From positions 1 to 39,606 of the IMG/VR virus record IMGVR_UViG_3300048080_000084: a DNA stretch of 39,606 bases, one strand, 5' to 3'. Each line of letters opens with the position of its first letter. Within the stretch, counting starts at the first letter, position 1. This stretch comes from a virus. Taxonomy: Duplodnaviria > Caudoviricetes. The notes below the pieces were generated by a model. It ran no database searches. It was given only the letters and a program-made list of their open reading frames with translations, and was not told the DNA's origin. This document shows positions 28,743 to 37,670 of the stretch, one piece after another. The translations under genes and the position numbers were made by a program.

Positions 28743-29636
28743 CTAAAAAAGCCGCTTTTCCTTGTTGACTTGCGCTTGCCGTTGAGCGAAATACTCATCG
28801 GCTGATTGTGCAGCAGGAGATTTTCTCGACGGAGCTTTTGCCGAGCCAACAGGGGTAATAGGAGCCTCGGGATCCCCTTTACGGGCTCCCTCCTCTCCTT
28901 CTCCCTTGTTCTCGCCAATTTCCGCCTGAATCTCCTTGAGCTTTTCCAAAACGTCTCCAGAGCGTTTTAGTTTTGATAGCTCAAGGGTGATTACTCTGTT
29001 TTCACGCTTCGACAAGTGATACTGAAGATCAGCATCACCGAGTTCAATGATAAGACGACTCAAAGTTCGCGATGAAGGAATCTTTTGGTCGGAGACAACC
29101 TCCTCGAAATCAGGGATACGGTCACTTGCCTCAGCCTGAGCCTCAACAAAGGCTTCGGCAATCTCCTCGTCAACCCCAAATTTCTGAGATAGGACCTGAA
29201 CTCGCTGTTCATCGGATAATTCAGTTGGTTCTTCACCAGCTGGTGCTTTCTTTTCTGGAGCCTTTGGCGCCGCAGCCTTACGCTCAACCTCACGACCAGA
29301 CCACTCCTCAATGGCAGTGGCGAATTCTTCAGGCTTTTCAAAGTCCTTGATATCTGGCTTCTTATCAGCATTTGAGGCGAGACCGCCCTTAAGACCCTGC
29401 AAGGTTTCAAGGATAAGTTTGTTTGTCGCGGTTTGTTCAGCGGCAAATTTCGTGTGCATCTTGAACACACGCTCAAGGCCCTTGTCTCGGCGACTGTGAT
29501 GGCCATTTTGCCCATTGTTTTCGGACGTCTCTTCACCAGGGGCCTTCTTGCCAGGGATGGCTTCCTTGTTTTCTCCAGCGTTCCCATCAGCAACAGCTGT
29601 TGAACTCGCCTCTTTGGGTGTTCCTGCCTCAGACAT
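28743..29636 (-). CDS. Scaffolding protein
   Basis: Charged helical protein between portal and capsid; KPDIKDF, PDFEEVV, APITPV. Confidence 0.8.
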   Translation of the reverse strand: MSEAGTPKEASSTAVADGNAGENKEAIPGKKAPGEETSENNGQNGHHSRRDKGLERVFKMHTKFAAEQTATNKLILETLQGLKGGLASNADKKPDIKDFEKPEEFATAIEEWSGREVERKAAAPKAPEKKAPAGEEPTELSDEQRVQVLSQKFGVDEEIAEAFVEAQAEASDRIPDFEEVVSDQKIPSSRTLSRLIIELGDADLQYHLSKRENRVITLELSKLKRSGDVLEKLKEIQAEIGENKGEGEEGARKGDPEAPITPVGSAKAPSRKSPAAQSADEYFAQRQAQVNKEKRLF

Positions 29637-31785
29637 TGGGTCCTCCTCCTTGAGCTGGGTTCAAGGGCTCACCTGGATTGGTGGGCGATCCACCCTCATC
29701 GAGGGCCGAGCCAGTTCCGGCTTGACTTATCCCGAGTTGGGTCTCCAGCTTTTCAAGATCTGCGGTCAAATCGTTCATCATCGCAATGGCTTGCTCATCG
29801 GCAACACCATCTTGCTCCATTTTCTTGAGTTGAAGCTTGGTGTTCTCCTGAAGCTTCGCAATTTGAAGTTTCACGTTAAGTTCATTCTCCTTGTCCAGAC
29901 GAGTGTCTGTAGCCTTGACCAACTCATCTGTCAATTGCTTCACGGCCTGTTGTAATCCTTGGATTGTTTGCTGACTCTGAGCCACCTGTCCCTGGAGTTG
30001 AGCAATCTTTGTGCCAGGGTCGCCCTCAGCGGCCTCATCCTCAAGCAGGGTAGGATTCGCCGCGGCTATGAACTTCCTGAAGCGACGGCCAAGCACGTCC
30101 ATCTTGTTGCCGTCGACGTTCGCCACCAGCAAATCCCCACCAATCTTCAAGATGTCAGGGACATACTTGGCGATTTCCAGCATAATCTGGACCGTCTCTT
30201 GACGCTTGGACATGTAAGAAGGTCCGGCATCAATCACGACGGCATACTCCCCAATGCTAGTGTCATAAAGCACCGGCTTTCCATCAGGACCTTCAAACGG
30301 CTGATTGAATAGTGCCAAATTCTCCTGGCCATCCTCACCAACCACGCGGCGCATCGTCGGCCCGTCAAGAATCGCCCTGGCCAAGTCAAGTTGGATGCGA
30401 GCCCCATGCTCAATTGCCACATCCGCATTGTCCAGGTAGTGATATATAGTATTCTCACCCTCCTGGGTCTTGCGCGCGATGGCCACGCCACTACTTCCAG
30501 CTGAGGAATTGCCCACAAGGTCAGAGTAGATGCCCAGCGCTGCACGGATGTCATCACGACAGGCAAGCTTCGCGTTCACAACACCAGAGGGTATGCCGGC
30601 AAACTCCTCAAACCTGGGCGGGCCCACCAACTGGCCACCCAAGGTCTTCGGGTTGTACGTAAGCACGTCCTCATTGTCATCCTGCCACTTGTGCTCGTGA
30701 CCCTCAAGCTGACCCTCGGCGGCAATCACCTTCCGCTTGGCCTGCTTAGCCAACAGCTGCGTCTCCACCGACGCCCAGAAGTTATACATTCGCTGCGGAT
30801 CCATTGCCGGGCGCACGAGGCCATGCCGTATGATCTCACCGTCAGGCAAGACATTCTCTGAGCCAAGCACTGGGACAAATGGAATCCAACGGCCGCGCCA
30901 TCTTTTGGCATCTAGGACCTCGGTCCCAGCCATCTTGTACCAATGCACCTCACGCCGCTGTGTCTCACGGCTTTTCATGATGCGGAGGCCACGTCTCCGT
31001 AGCTCTTTCTCAGTGGCCACAGAGGCAAAGATCTTCATGCCATTGTTCAAGAGGCGAAGGACATCCTCCACGAGATGCACCTTCCAGTACTCGGCAATCA
31101 TGACCATGTCCTCGAAGTACCAATGCTTCATCGAGGTGTCATCCGCCATGGGGAAGTCGGAGATAATCTTCCCGGGGTACATTTTTTCTGCCTCGGAGCG
31201 CCTCATGACCTCAGTCACGAAGAGTCGCTTCATGTCAGAGTAGTCAGGCATCTCCGCATAGCCAGGGACGATACTGAAGCGATTGAGCACCCGCTTAATG
31301 CACAGGTCCATCTCAAAGCTCTCATTGTCCGCGTACTCATAGTAAATGCGGAACCAGCCAAGGCCACTTGTCAATGCCTGCTTCAGTGCATGTGCGTAGA
31401 CCATCCGCGCGTTGCTTCTGTTGGCCACATGCCTCAAGTACCCCTGTAGCTTGTTCGCCGTTGGCACTGAGCCAAAGATGTCTGTAGGGTAGACCTTGGG
31501 CTCGCGAGGATTTCGACGGAACTCATTCACGATTCTGTTGATGTACTGATCAATCTGATCAATCTGGAGCGTCGGTAGTTGCTTCTTGCGGCGGAACTCG
31601 CCATCCGCGCCCCACTGATCACCATACTTGAAATTCACATCCACCTTGGCCAAGTCGGTGTCCTTGGACCACAATGAGAAATCATTTTCATAAGCACGGC
31701 GACCCTCTTCGGTGATCTCCGCGTTGTCAAACCTGTGCTCAGTGCCAGGGAGGTTGAGCTCGTAGTTGGCTATCTCTGTTGCCAT
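29629..31785 (-). CDS. Portal protein (P22-like)
   Basis: GDQW, GLGWFRI, IPFVPVLG, GLVRPAMDPQRMYNFW, SGVAI, GPSYMSKRQE; start ATG 31785 (TAATG overlap with terL). Confidence 0.93.
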   Translation of the reverse strand: MATEIANYELNLPGTEHRFDNAEITEEGRRAYENDFSLWSKDTDLAKVDVNFKYGDQWGADGEFRRKKQLPTLQIDQIDQYINRIVNEFRRNPREPKVYPTDIFGSVPTANKLQGYLRHVANRSNARMVYAHALKQALTSGLGWFRIYYEYADNESFEMDLCIKRVLNRFSIVPGYAEMPDYSDMKRLFVTEVMRRSEAEKMYPGKIISDFPMADDTSMKHWYFEDMVMIAEYWKVHLVEDVLRLLNNGMKIFASVATEKELRRRGLRIMKSRETQRREVHWYKMAGTEVLDAKRWRGRWIPFVPVLGSENVLPDGEIIRHGLVRPAMDPQRMYNFWASVETQLLAKQAKRKVIAAEGQLEGHEHKWQDDNEDVLTYNPKTLGGQLVGPPRFEEFAGIPSGVVNAKLACRDDIRAALGIYSDLVGNSSAGSSGVAIARKTQEGENTIYHYLDNADVAIEHGARIQLDLARAILDGPTMRRVVGEDGQENLALFNQPFEGPDGKPVLYDTSIGEYAVVIDAGPSYMSKRQETVQIMLEIAKYVPDILKIGGDLLVANVDGNKMDVLGRRFRKFIAAANPTLLEDEAAEGDPGTKIAQLQGQVAQSQQTIQGLQQAVKQLTDELVKATDTRLDKENELNVKLQIAKLQENTKLQLKKMEQDGVADEQAIAMMNDLTADLEKLETQLGISQAGTGSALDEGGSPTNPGEPLNPAQGGGPNV

Positions 31786-33197
31786 TAGCTTCTGCTCAAC
31801 CAGGAAAGAGACTCGTTCAGCGCGTACCCACGCCCAGGGTTCGCCCACCGCACCGGCTTCGCCCGCGCGATGTCGTCAGTCATATCACCGTAACGCGCAG
31901 CATCCATTAAGTGGTCATTCTGCTTAACCACCTTGCCATTCTCGTCACGGCGATACAGTCGGAACTCCTCGAACCAAGGCCCACAGGACGCAAACACCTT
32001 TAACATCCCAGAGGCCAGATCCTGCCACATCTGGTACAACCCTGACTCGACCGCATTGTCCGCGGTCACTATCTCCAGCCCTAGGTCAGAGTACACCTGA
32101 AGCAACTGAATCCCATCCCGCTGTGCTCGGCCCTTTGAGGCAGGGTCAATCGCCCCACGCAACCACTCGCCGCGGCTCCTTATTGCCGACGCGTGAATTG
32201 AGGGCTCTGCCTTACCCTGCTTGTACACTGAGTATATATACTTCTCCTTCGTGTCAGGGTTCTTGCAGAAGAAGCAAGCGGCCGTAGCGTTCCAGCCGAC
32301 GTCCATCCCATACCACTTGGGCCAGTGCTCAGGGATCAAGAAGTCCTCACAGCGGACCTCGGACTCAGGGATGGGGTAGATGGCGCCACTGCCCAGTTGA
32401 GGCACGCCCTTTGAGCGCGCATCGCGCATATGCGGAGGGAGGCCAGCGAGCAGCTCTGCCTTGTCCTCTGTTGAAAGGTGAGGGGCATCATCCCACGTGG
32501 CATTGACCACATACTTTCCAGGCGCCACCTCGTCCAAGGAACCCGTCGGCAAGAAGTGCATAACCGTCTGGCTCATGCCAAGCATAGGCGTAAATGTGCA
32601 GAGGATCAGCCCCTTGGTAGTCATGGTACGGATGACACACTCCACGTAGATGTCCAGCGGCGGTTCCTCATCAAGCCAGATGACATCCTGCTCGGTCCCC
32701 TGGAAAGCCTGTCGCTTTTGGTCATACGACTTAAGAGAGATGACTGACTCGCCGTCACAGCGCCCAGAGGTGTCATAGTGTCGCACGTAGATAGTGTCTG
32801 CCGCATCTTGTACTCCGGCCTTCGAGCCCCACCGTATGACGTCCTCGCCAGGGATTAACCCTGTGCCGAATTCTCCCCACTTCCCGAGGAGCTTTTCTTG
32901 AAGAATTTCGCGAACAGTTTTTGAGGTATCACCTGCCACCCAAATCTTAGTGGGCCGATTGAAACGTCGACCCTTCCACCAGTCAGGGTAACGCCCAGTC
33001 GCGTGAAGAACGCACTCATAGCCGCCTACCCCCTCTGTCTTCCCGATACGGTTCGCTGCAAGCATGAGCCTCTCACGCTTGTCCACGCCTGCCTCAAAGA
33101 ACTCCATGTGCTTCGTGTACTTGTCACGGCTTAGGGGTCCTTGGTCAGGGTAATACTTCCTGAGCTTCCAGCGCTTCCTCCGATTCAGCTCCCCCAC
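31785..33197 (-). CDS. terL: Terminase large subunit (P22-like)
   Basis: AANRIGKT, IWLDEEP, TFTP, GMDVGW, DHLMDAARY. GTG 33197 has a GGAG RBS; TTG 33239 is the alternative start. Confidence 0.95.
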   Translation of the reverse strand: MGELNRRKRWKLRKYYPDQGPLSRDKYTKHMEFFEAGVDKRERLMLAANRIGKTEGVGGYECVLHATGRYPDWWKGRRFNRPTKIWVAGDTSKTVREILQEKLLGKWGEFGTGLIPGEDVIRWGSKAGVQDAADTIYVRHYDTSGRCDGESVISLKSYDQKRQAFQGTEQDVIWLDEEPPLDIYVECVIRTMTTKGLILCTFTPMLGMSQTVMHFLPTGSLDEVAPGKYVVNATWDDAPHLSTEDKAELLAGLPPHMRDARSKGVPQLGSGAIYPIPESEVRCEDFLIPEHWPKWYGMDVGWNATAACFFCKNPDTKEKYIYSVYKQGKAEPSIHASAIRSRGEWLRGAIDPASKGRAQRDGIQLLQVYSDLGLEIVTADNAVESGLYQMWQDLASGMLKVFASCGPWFEEFRLYRRDENGKVVKQNDHLMDAARYGDMTDDIARAKPVRWANPGRGYALNESLSWLSRS

Positions 33198-33645
33198 TAT
33201 CGTCTCCAGCGAGGGCAACTTTTGAGGTAAGGGCTGCAAGATTTCGGAGCTCGTCGTCAGAGAGGCCTTTCAGTCGCTCCGCGGCGACATTGATTTGTTG
33301 ATAGATGTTCACGTTGCTACCAGACATCTTCTCAAGCTCAGAGATGCGCTTCCGGTGGATGTACGGCATCACAGCCTTCGCGCACTCAATCCGCGTGGCC
33401 ATGTCATTCCTGGCAGAGGACATTTGCTCCCAGAGGAACACGAGAGGGAGTTGCGCCCCATCTCGAATGAGGGCCGCTATCATGCCCTCGACCTTATTGA
33501 AGACCAGGGTGTGGTCTCTCACGGCGGGCATATAGCGCTGCGGACCTTTGGCCCCAAATTGCTTGCCATGGTAATTGCCAGGGCGTCTCAGACCTGAGAT
33601 GGCAGGGACTTGAGGGGCTTCGGCGACTTCCGTGTCCTGGTCCAT
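33145..33645 (-). CDS. terS: Probable terminase small subunit
   Basis: Directly upstream of and overlapping terL; RIECAKAVMPYIH and LSDDEL motifs; start ATG 33645. Confidence 0.7.
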   Translation of the reverse strand: MDQDTEVAEAPQVPAISGLRRPGNYHGKQFGAKGPQRYMPAVRDHTLVFNKVEGMIAALIRDGAQLPLVFLWEQMSSARNDMATRIECAKAVMPYIHRKRISELEKMSGSNVNIYQQINVAAERLKGLSDDELRNLAALTSKVALAGDDSGGAESEEALEAQEVLP

Positions 33646-33649
33646 ATGG

Positions 33650-33687
33650 ATAATATACACTATATGGATGTCGAAAAAGTGCGTAAG
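33650..33687 (-). promoter_or_regulatory. Conserved promoter/operator motif, copy 3 (heads the virion operon)
   Basis: - strand reads CTTAC-GCACTTT-TTCGACAT-CCATATAGT-GTATATTAT, 4 nt before the terS ATG. Confidence 0.75.
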
Positions 33688-33749
33688 AGTGGATTGGCCA
33701 AATCTTACCAACCATGTGAGAGTGATATGGGTCGAATACATTTTTTGAG

Positions 33750-33772
33750 CCCAACCCCTAGGCGGGGTTGGG
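33750..33772. repeat. Perfect 9-bp GC-rich inverted repeat
   Basis: CCCAACCCC-taggc-GGGGTTGGG. Confidence 0.7.
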
Positions 33773-33905
33773 GGCGCTGGCATCTCTGGCTAGGAACCAT
33801 TAGACAAACCGGCTATGCACTCGGGCATACATAGCCCATACCCTTTCCTATGCAACATGAACCTATGTGCCATGTTTACGGAAATCTGACTTTACCCGAA
33901 GTTTA

Positions 33906-34088
33906 TTGATTCTTTCTTAACGGTTCTTGGTTAGATCCTGTACAGATCAATAAAGATTCAGATCAAATCGCGATTAGATAAAATAAAAGTAAGATCAAAT
34001 AATCTTCAAACAATAGTCATTTGACTAATATCTGATCTTATTGGTTCTTGATCTGAATACTATCTGATTTGATTCTTTCTTAACGGTT
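33906..34088 (+). repeat. 20-bp direct repeat TTGATTCTTTCTTAACGGTT (33906-33925 and 34069-34088)
   Basis: Exact match read from the sequence. Confidence 0.85.
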
Positions 34089-34297
34089 AAATAATAATCA
34101 TGGCATGGTTTTCTCCCACAAGTTTAGTGAACAAATGAGCAAAGTTTTAGATTCTTTAGAACTTATCTTTATTTTATGATTAATTTACTTTTATTTGATA
34201 CTTTTGAAAAATTTTGAAGATATATTATATTTAGACAAGAACGAAAGATTCTTGTTAAATCACGAGATTCTTCGTGGTTAGAAAGAAGGAAGATCAA

Positions 34298-34570
34298 ATG
34301 GAAATCAAATATACCATTCACCCAGATTTTGATAAGAAGGGTTTGAAGTTAAATAACCAACAAACCCAAATCATCAAAATTCTGACAGATTCGGGTAAAA
34401 CCGAATTCTCAAAATCCGAGGTTGAATACGAATTAACGTGGAAATTAACCACCCGTCAATCCGCTTGGTTGGTTTTCAAGTTCTACCAACCGAATTTCGT
34501 CTTCCATGGATTCCTCACTCTCACCCGGGAGTTAAATCCCCCTATCATCCGGAAGACAAAGAAGGTGTAA
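34298..34570 (+). CDS. Small early protein, putative winged-helix DNA-binding family (paralog 1)
   Basis: KLNNQQTQII...LTTRQSAWLVFKFY; RBS AGAAGGAAG before ATG 34298; own promoter-like TATATT upstream and own terminator. Confidence 0.7.
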   Translation: MEIKYTIHPDFDKKGLKLNNQQTQIIKILTDSGKTEFSKSEVEYELTWKLTTRQSAWLVFKFYQPNFVFHGFLTLTRELNPPIIRKTKKV

Positions 34571-34604
34571 GAAGTCAAAGCGGTTTAATCCCGACAATCC
34601 CAAT

Positions 34605-34635
34605 AGGAGAGGGTAAAAATACCCTCTCCTTTTTT
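34605..34635 (+). terminator. Rho-independent terminator
   Basis: AGGAGAGGGTA-aaaa-TACCCTCTCCT-TTTTT, perfect 11-bp stem. Confidence 0.9.
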
Positions 34636-35123
34636 ATTTTTCTTTTTTCAATTAATAGTAGAAAATACAGTTTGACAGGGATGCTCGTTTTACCTGTTGG
34701 CAGAATAATCCAGAATCCACAACATCAACCACATTATTCGATTATCAAAGTTTGCCAGTTATTATTAGTATTATATATTTTCAATAAAAATAAGAAGTAG
34801 ACTTACTTCTATCTAAAATATTACCAATAATAATAACTAACCAATTTTTAGTCAGAATTTTACCAAAATCAACCAGTTTGACAGGGCGAAGTGCAACTTT
34901 TTGATATAAGATAGCTCAGTTCTTTCCTTTATTATTTGTCTAATACTATAATAACTCAATAACTTCACCTTCCCTGTCACATTTTGCCCCGATTGTTATT
35001 ACGCCAGTATTACCCCCTCTTTTATTCCCTCCTATCAAAAACTCAATCCCTGTCTCGCTCGATTCTTGATTATTATTTGATAAACATTTTACTAAAATTT
35101 TAATACTCCTAAATTTTCTTTTG

Positions 35124-35134
35124 AGTATATTATA
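35124..35134 (+). promoter_or_regulatory. Probable -10-like element GTATATTAT of an early promoter
   Basis: Same 3' box as the three-copy motif, upstream of the early gene string; related boxes near 34220 and 35820. Confidence 0.45.
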
Positions 35135-35180
35135 ATTACAAACCATAATAACCATTTGGTTTGTAGAAAGAAGAATTCAG

Positions 35181-35344
35181 TGAAAACTCAATCCCCTGTC
35201 AACAACGAACCGAGAACCGCGATCCTCTCCCTCGAGGACGATATCTCGGAGTCAATGAATCCCGACCAACAGGACTTCCGCGAATGTGACCGTCTCGTCT
35301 CCTCGCTGGAATTCTGCGAGCTCCTCACGAACTGGGAGGAATAA
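35181..35344 (+). CDS. Small acidic hypothetical protein (start uncertain)
   Basis: Open frame ending at 35344, just before the next gene; ORF track starts it at 35156, and the exact start is not resolved. Confidence 0.4.
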
Positions 35345-35347
35345 TCA

Positions 35348-35596
35348 ATGAACCGCGAAACAAACCACACAAAAGGCACAACCCAAATCATCTGTCAGCA
35401 ACTCTTGGACAATTGGGAAGATGGTTCCCTCAAGTCCGTGAACCTCGAAGCGAGAACCAAGTACATCTACGATCTCCTCCATGACCTCAAAGATGATATC
35501 TGGGAGGATCTCGCCAACACAGTAGTCGAGCAAATCGGTTCCCCCACAATCAAGAACATCCGCAAAACCATGGAGAATCTCAATGCCAAAGCCTGA
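35348..35596 (+). CDS. Hypothetical early protein
   Basis: 82 aa with GGAGGA RBS. Confidence 0.65.
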   Translation: MNRETNHTKGTTQIICQQLLDNWEDGSLKSVNLEARTKYIYDLLHDLKDDIWEDLANTVVEQIGSPTIKNIRKTMENLNAKA

Positions 35597-35762
35597 AAAA
35601 TGCCCATCAAACAACCCGAAGGACATCGAGTTCTATGTCCGCGGGTGGCAAGACGGTCAAGAGGAGTTGGAGCGAGCGGTCCTTGCTTGGTGCTCTGACA
35701 ATCTTGTCGGAGACTACCCGGAATTACAGCAATCCCTGTTATCCGCGATGGAGCATTCATAG
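35583..35762 (+). CDS. 59-aa hypothetical protein; not in the ORF track
   Basis: MPKPEKCPSNNPKDIEFYVRGWQDGQEELERAVLAWCSDNLVGDYPELQQSLLSAMEHS; GGAG RBS upstream. Confidence 0.6.
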   Translation: MPKPEKCPSNNPKDIEFYVRGWQDGQEELERAVLAWCSDNLVGDYPELQQSLLSAMEHS

Positions 35763-35871
35763 GAGAGAAAGTGGTCAAAATCTTACTATCATCTTATGCA
35801 CCGTCTAAGGACCTTTGAGGTATATTAGTACTATGAACAATACTGCTCACACATGGAAAGGCGGAAATCAA

Positions 35872-36030
35872 ATGAGACAGCACAATAACGTCTATCTCGC
35901 CGAGATCAAAACCGAAAAGGGGGACACCACCCTCACTGCGATCATGGGTCGTCATTTTTATGACGCGTGCCGCATTGCCAAAAGCGTCTTCACCTCGCGG
36001 TTTGTCCGCGTTTTACCTTTGGAGGATTGA
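35872..36030 (+). CDS. Small hypothetical protein
   Basis: MRQHNNVYLAEI...; GAAAGGCGG upstream; alternative ATG at 35833. Confidence 0.55.
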   Translation: MRQHNNVYLAEIKTEKGDTTLTAIMGRHFYDACRIAKSVFTSRFVRVLPLED

Positions 36031-36033
36031 CCA

Positions 36034-36231
36034 ATGCGACACGAACCCATCAACAAGACAATGGTCCAGCAGGATGTTGCGGATGACAAGGCTGCACGGA
36101 ATGCCATCCACTTCGCGCCTTTCGTGAAGCGGGTGGGCAAACTCACCCTGTCACATGACACGTTACCCAGCATCATGGGCTATCTCAAGAGCCTGAAACA
36201 CTTGAAGCCGCACACGGTTCTTGTCAAATGA
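36034..36231 (+). CDS. Small hypothetical protein
   Basis: GGAGG RBS, 65 aa. Confidence 0.6.
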   Translation: MRHEPINKTMVQQDVADDKAARNAIHFAPFVKRVGKLTLSHDTLPSIMGYLKSLKHLKPHTVLVK

Positions 36232-36551
36232 GCCGGCGATTACTCTTGTCGGCAGCATTACTTGCGTCCTGTGCGGACCCTCCTGACTTCAAGGAGGTGT
36301 CCGGGCTAGGCAAGGCGTGCATTGACGGCATGCAAATCGTCGTGCAACATCAGGATAGGGGCATCAGTCGCTTGCCATACCGTGTCCTCACCCAGGGCAC
36401 GGACACCGAGATTGACGACTGGATGTACTCCCCTGTCCCAATCGCCTATCTCTCGTGGTATGGAAAGTTCTTAATCAAGGAGGTGCAATCTACCGAGATC
36501 CGAGTCATGGAGGAGCATTTGTACGAGTTTACACTGAATGAATGCATCTGA
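36228..36551 (+). CDS. Predicted lipoprotein
   Basis: MSRRLLLSAALLAS-C lipobox. Confidence 0.6.
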   Translation: MSRRLLLSAALLASCADPPDFKEVSGLGKACIDGMQIVVQHQDRGISRLPYRVLTQGTDTEIDDWMYSPVPIAYLSWYGKFLIKEVQSTEIRVMEEHLYEFTLNECI

Positions 36552-36578
36552 AAACACACCAATAGAAAGGATGAACCA

Positions 36579-36899
36579 ATGAAAACAGTCAGCATTCTCA
36601 CCCTCACCCTGGCAATCGCCGCCATCGGGGCAGATCGCAAGGCGTGCATCGAGGTCGCCAAGGAGATGAACAGGCCCAACAAGGTCCGCTTCATCGACGA
36701 TGACGGCAAGAAGCACACCCTGACGCTCATGGAGCTGGACGAAGACGGAGCGGAAGCGCTCCTCGAATCGCGGCTCTCGGCAGGACAACACAGCAGCAAG
36801 GAGGTCATCATCGAGACGGCGGACCACAAGTTGGTGTCTCTTGGCAAGGTGGACTCCATCTGCGTGAGTCGCGCGCGTAACACTGTGGCACTGAGATAG
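36579..36899 (+). CDS. Hypothetical protein
   Basis: 106 aa, GAAAGGA RBS, strong codon bias. Confidence 0.7.
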   Translation: MKTVSILTLTLAIAAIGADRKACIEVAKEMNRPNKVRFIDDDGKKHTLTLMELDEDGAEALLESRLSAGQHSSKEVIIETADHKLVSLGKVDSICVSRARNTVALR

Positions 36900-36975
36900 G
36901 CAGAGTGGCAGGGAGGTAACACTCCCTGTTAATGCACACCGCAGGTCACAAGTCCTGCAAGAAAGGAGACAGTCA

Positions 36976-37197
36976 ATGAACCAAGCAACACAACTTATCG
37001 CCGATGTCCTCATGGATGAGGTCATCTATGCCAAGGGATATGAGGCAGGACAACAAGGCCTTGATCCCAGAACCGCGAACCACTACCGCTCTGCCGAGTC
37101 ACGTCACACTTGGAACCTTGGCTACAGTGACGCTATGTTAGGCGTCCAAGACTCGGTCAAGGCCTGCCAAGAGATCATCACCAACTTGGGGGTGTGA
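36976..37197 (+). CDS. Rmf/CrpP-like small protein
   Basis: YAKGYEAGQQG...NHYRSAESRHTWNLGYSDA resembles the ribosome modulation factor pattern; AAGGAG RBS. Confidence 0.55.
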   Translation: MNQATQLIADVLMDEVIYAKGYEAGQQGLDPRTANHYRSAESRHTWNLGYSDAMLGVQDSVKACQEIITNLGV

Positions 37198-37374
37198 TTG
37201 AGTTGGGAACAAGACAGGGCGAAACTCATCAGGAAGGCTAAGCTCACTGAAAAGTGTGTAGCCATCATTGATGAGTGCATCGCGATCTGTGAGGGAGAGA
37301 AAGATGGAACAACAATATGGCGACAACTTGTGCATGAAAAGCTATCAACATTAAGAAGGGAGATTACAAGATGA
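37198..37374 (+). CDS. 58-aa hypothetical protein; not in the ORF track
   Basis: TTG start, MSWEQDRAKLIRKAKL...RREITR; fills the gap exactly, ATGA overlap with the next gene. Confidence 0.5.
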   Translation: MSWEQDRAKLIRKAKLTEKCVAIIDECIAICEGEKDGTTIWRQLVHEKLSTLRREITR

Positions 37375-37670
37375 CACCTGAAGAAGAGGCAGATCATATC
37401 ATGAACGGCCCGAGAAGCGAGGATACCGAAAAGCTTCTCTTGCAGCTAGCAAAGCGAATGGGCATCGGGGATGGCACGAAGCAAACAACGGTGCTCGTCG
37501 GGATGAAGTGCTTCATCAACTCATGCGATGAAAAGTTGGCCAAGGCCCGAGAAACGCGAAATATCGAGCATGTAATCAATGCCATCTCGGACCTCTCACA
37601 GGCCATAAAGGGCATCTGGACAATCATGAGCGACGAGAACAAGGAGCGTAAGGAGGGTCTCAAGCTATGA
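37371..37670 (+). CDS. Hypothetical protein
   Basis: 99 aa, AAGGGAG RBS. Confidence 0.65.
   Translation: MTPEEEADHIMNGPRSEDTEKLLLQLAKRMGIGDGTKQTTVLVGMKCFINSCDEKLAKARETRNIEHVINAISDLSQAIKGIWTIMSDENKERKEGLKL

Larger units (their letters stand above)
33880..35160. other. AT-rich control region at the point where transcription diverges (candidate origin / genome terminus / early promoters)
   Basis: Sharp drop in GC, direct repeats, a GATC cluster and few ORFs. Confidence 0.6.

Noticed and set aside
33750-33772. Rho-independent terminator
   Set aside because: The T run lies 5' of the stem on the + strand, so neither strand has a U tract after the hairpin.
34438-35155. ORFs 34438-34800 (+) and 34946-35155 (-)
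   Set aside because: The first runs through a clear terminator; both are low-complexity AT-rich frames without a convincing RBS.
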